48,620 nucleotides of DNA from Bacillales bacterium (lineage in GTDB: Bacteria > Bacillota_I > Bacilli_A > RFN20 > CAG-826). The notes under the pieces are model-generated. The model was not told where the DNA came from. It did not search any database and worked only from the letters and a program-made list of their open reading frames with translations. Location of the stretch: assembly GCA_016290145.1 (NCBI GenBank), contig JAEESX010000003.1, positions 1 to 48,620 on the forward strand. Direction: 5' to 3'. Below are positions 47,700 through 48,620 of the stretch, piece after piece (within the stretch, counting starts at the first letter, position 1; each line of letters starts with the position of its first letter). Both the position numbers and the translations under genes were made by a program.

Positions 47700-48620
47700 C
47701 AAAATACTTAGAGACAAAACAACCAATTATATATCGTACTTTTGTGCGTTCTTTACAGAACCACCATTTATCTCATGCTTATTTAATTAGCGGAAATCCA
47801 GGTACTCCACTATTACAAGTTGCTAAGTTTTTAGCAAAATCAATACTTTGTGATAATCCAGATCCATTAGCGTGTAATAACTGTATTACTTGCTTACGTG
47901 TGGACGATGAGAATTATCCAGATTTTATTGTTCTTGATGGATCAGCCAAAACCATCAAAAAAGAAGAAGTTGGAAATATAGAGGAACAATTTGAAAAAAC
48001 TGCCTTTGAATCAAAAGGCATTATGATTTATATCATTCACCTTGTTGAAAACATGGGTGTAGAAGCAATCAATAGTATATTGAAGTTCTTAGAAGAACCT
48101 GGAAGCGAGATTTATGCGTTCTTAACAACCAACAATGAGAACAATGTTTTGCCAACAATTATTTCACGTTGCCAATTATTAAGATTGAAACTTGTTAATA
48201 GACAAGAAGTAATTGAAGATGCAATTAGTTTAAATGTTCCACAAGAAGATGCTGAATTACTCTCATACTTCTATGATGATGGCGAACTTATTTACGATAT
48301 CGTAAATGATAAAGAAAAAGTTGATGATTACAAAGATGCGAAAGATGCATTTGTGGACTTCTTAGAAGCCTTGAAAAAAGACGATAAAAGAGAAGCAATT
48401 TATTATGCACAGACATCAATCATCCCATTAGTTAAAACTAAAGAGAGCGCAAGATTCTTCCTTGATATGTTAGTAGAAGGTTTCGAAGACATTCTTAATA
48501 TTCAACAAGGAAAATCGCCAATCTTAAAAAGTTATGATACAATTCTTAAAGAACTTTCCGATAAACTCGCACATGTTGACGAAAGTTTGATTGAAATTTT
48601 AAAAGATAGAAATTTAATAA
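47690..48620 (+). CDS. holB: DNA polymerase III delta' subunit (3' truncated; absent from the ORF track)
   Basis: Manual translation MQVAKYLETKQP..SHAYLISG..CNNCITC..NSILKFLEEP..LPTIISRCQ. Confidence 0.92.
   Translation, partial: MQVAKYLETKQPIIYRTFVRSLQNHHLSHAYLISGNPGTPLLQVAKFLAKSILCDNPDPLACNNCITCLRVDDENYPDFIVLDGSAKTIKKEEVGNIEEQFEKTAFESKGIMIYIIHLVENMGVEAINSILKFLEEPGSEIYAFLTTNNENNVLPTIISRCQLLRLKLVNRQEVIEDAISLNVPQEDAELLSYFYDDGELIYDIVNDKEKVDDYKDAKDAFVDFLEALKKDDKREAIYYAQTSIIPLVKTKESARFFLDMLVEGFEDILNIQQGKSPILKSYDTILKELSDKLAHVDESLIEILKDRNLI

Noticed and set aside
1-48620. Mollicute-type UGA=Trp recoding
   Set aside because: RF2 is present with its UGA-dependent frameshift, and long ORFs are intact under the standard code.

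Overview
Low-GC chromosomal window, probably from a Bacilli/Erysipelotrichia-like gut or rumen bacterium (inferred from gene content). It uses the standard code, since RF2 is present. The right part (about 29.5-48.6 kb) is housekeeping: tRNA-Ala, Y-family polymerase and YolD, aminopeptidase, secG, uvrB, yitT, prfB with a +1 frameshift, secA, comFC/comFA, rpiB, prmC, prfA, dnaX-ybaB-recR-tmk-holB. The left part (1-29.4 kb) is accessory: sugar genes, membrane proteins, lipoprotein peptidases and four paralogous secreted beta-rich proteins. The most striking element is a ~1.05 kb minus-strand segment (15984-17030) with no credible ORF. It lies between a sigma70 promoter and an intrinsic terminator and is built from three diverged ~300-nt units. 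Their cores show compensatory base changes and a covarying long-range pairing, making it a candidate undescribed large, trimodular structured ncRNA. Second is a c-di-GMP-I riboswitch heading a SipW-type signal peptidase operon, one substrate of which belongs to the paralogous secreted family. All calls are by eye from motifs; no database searches were run.
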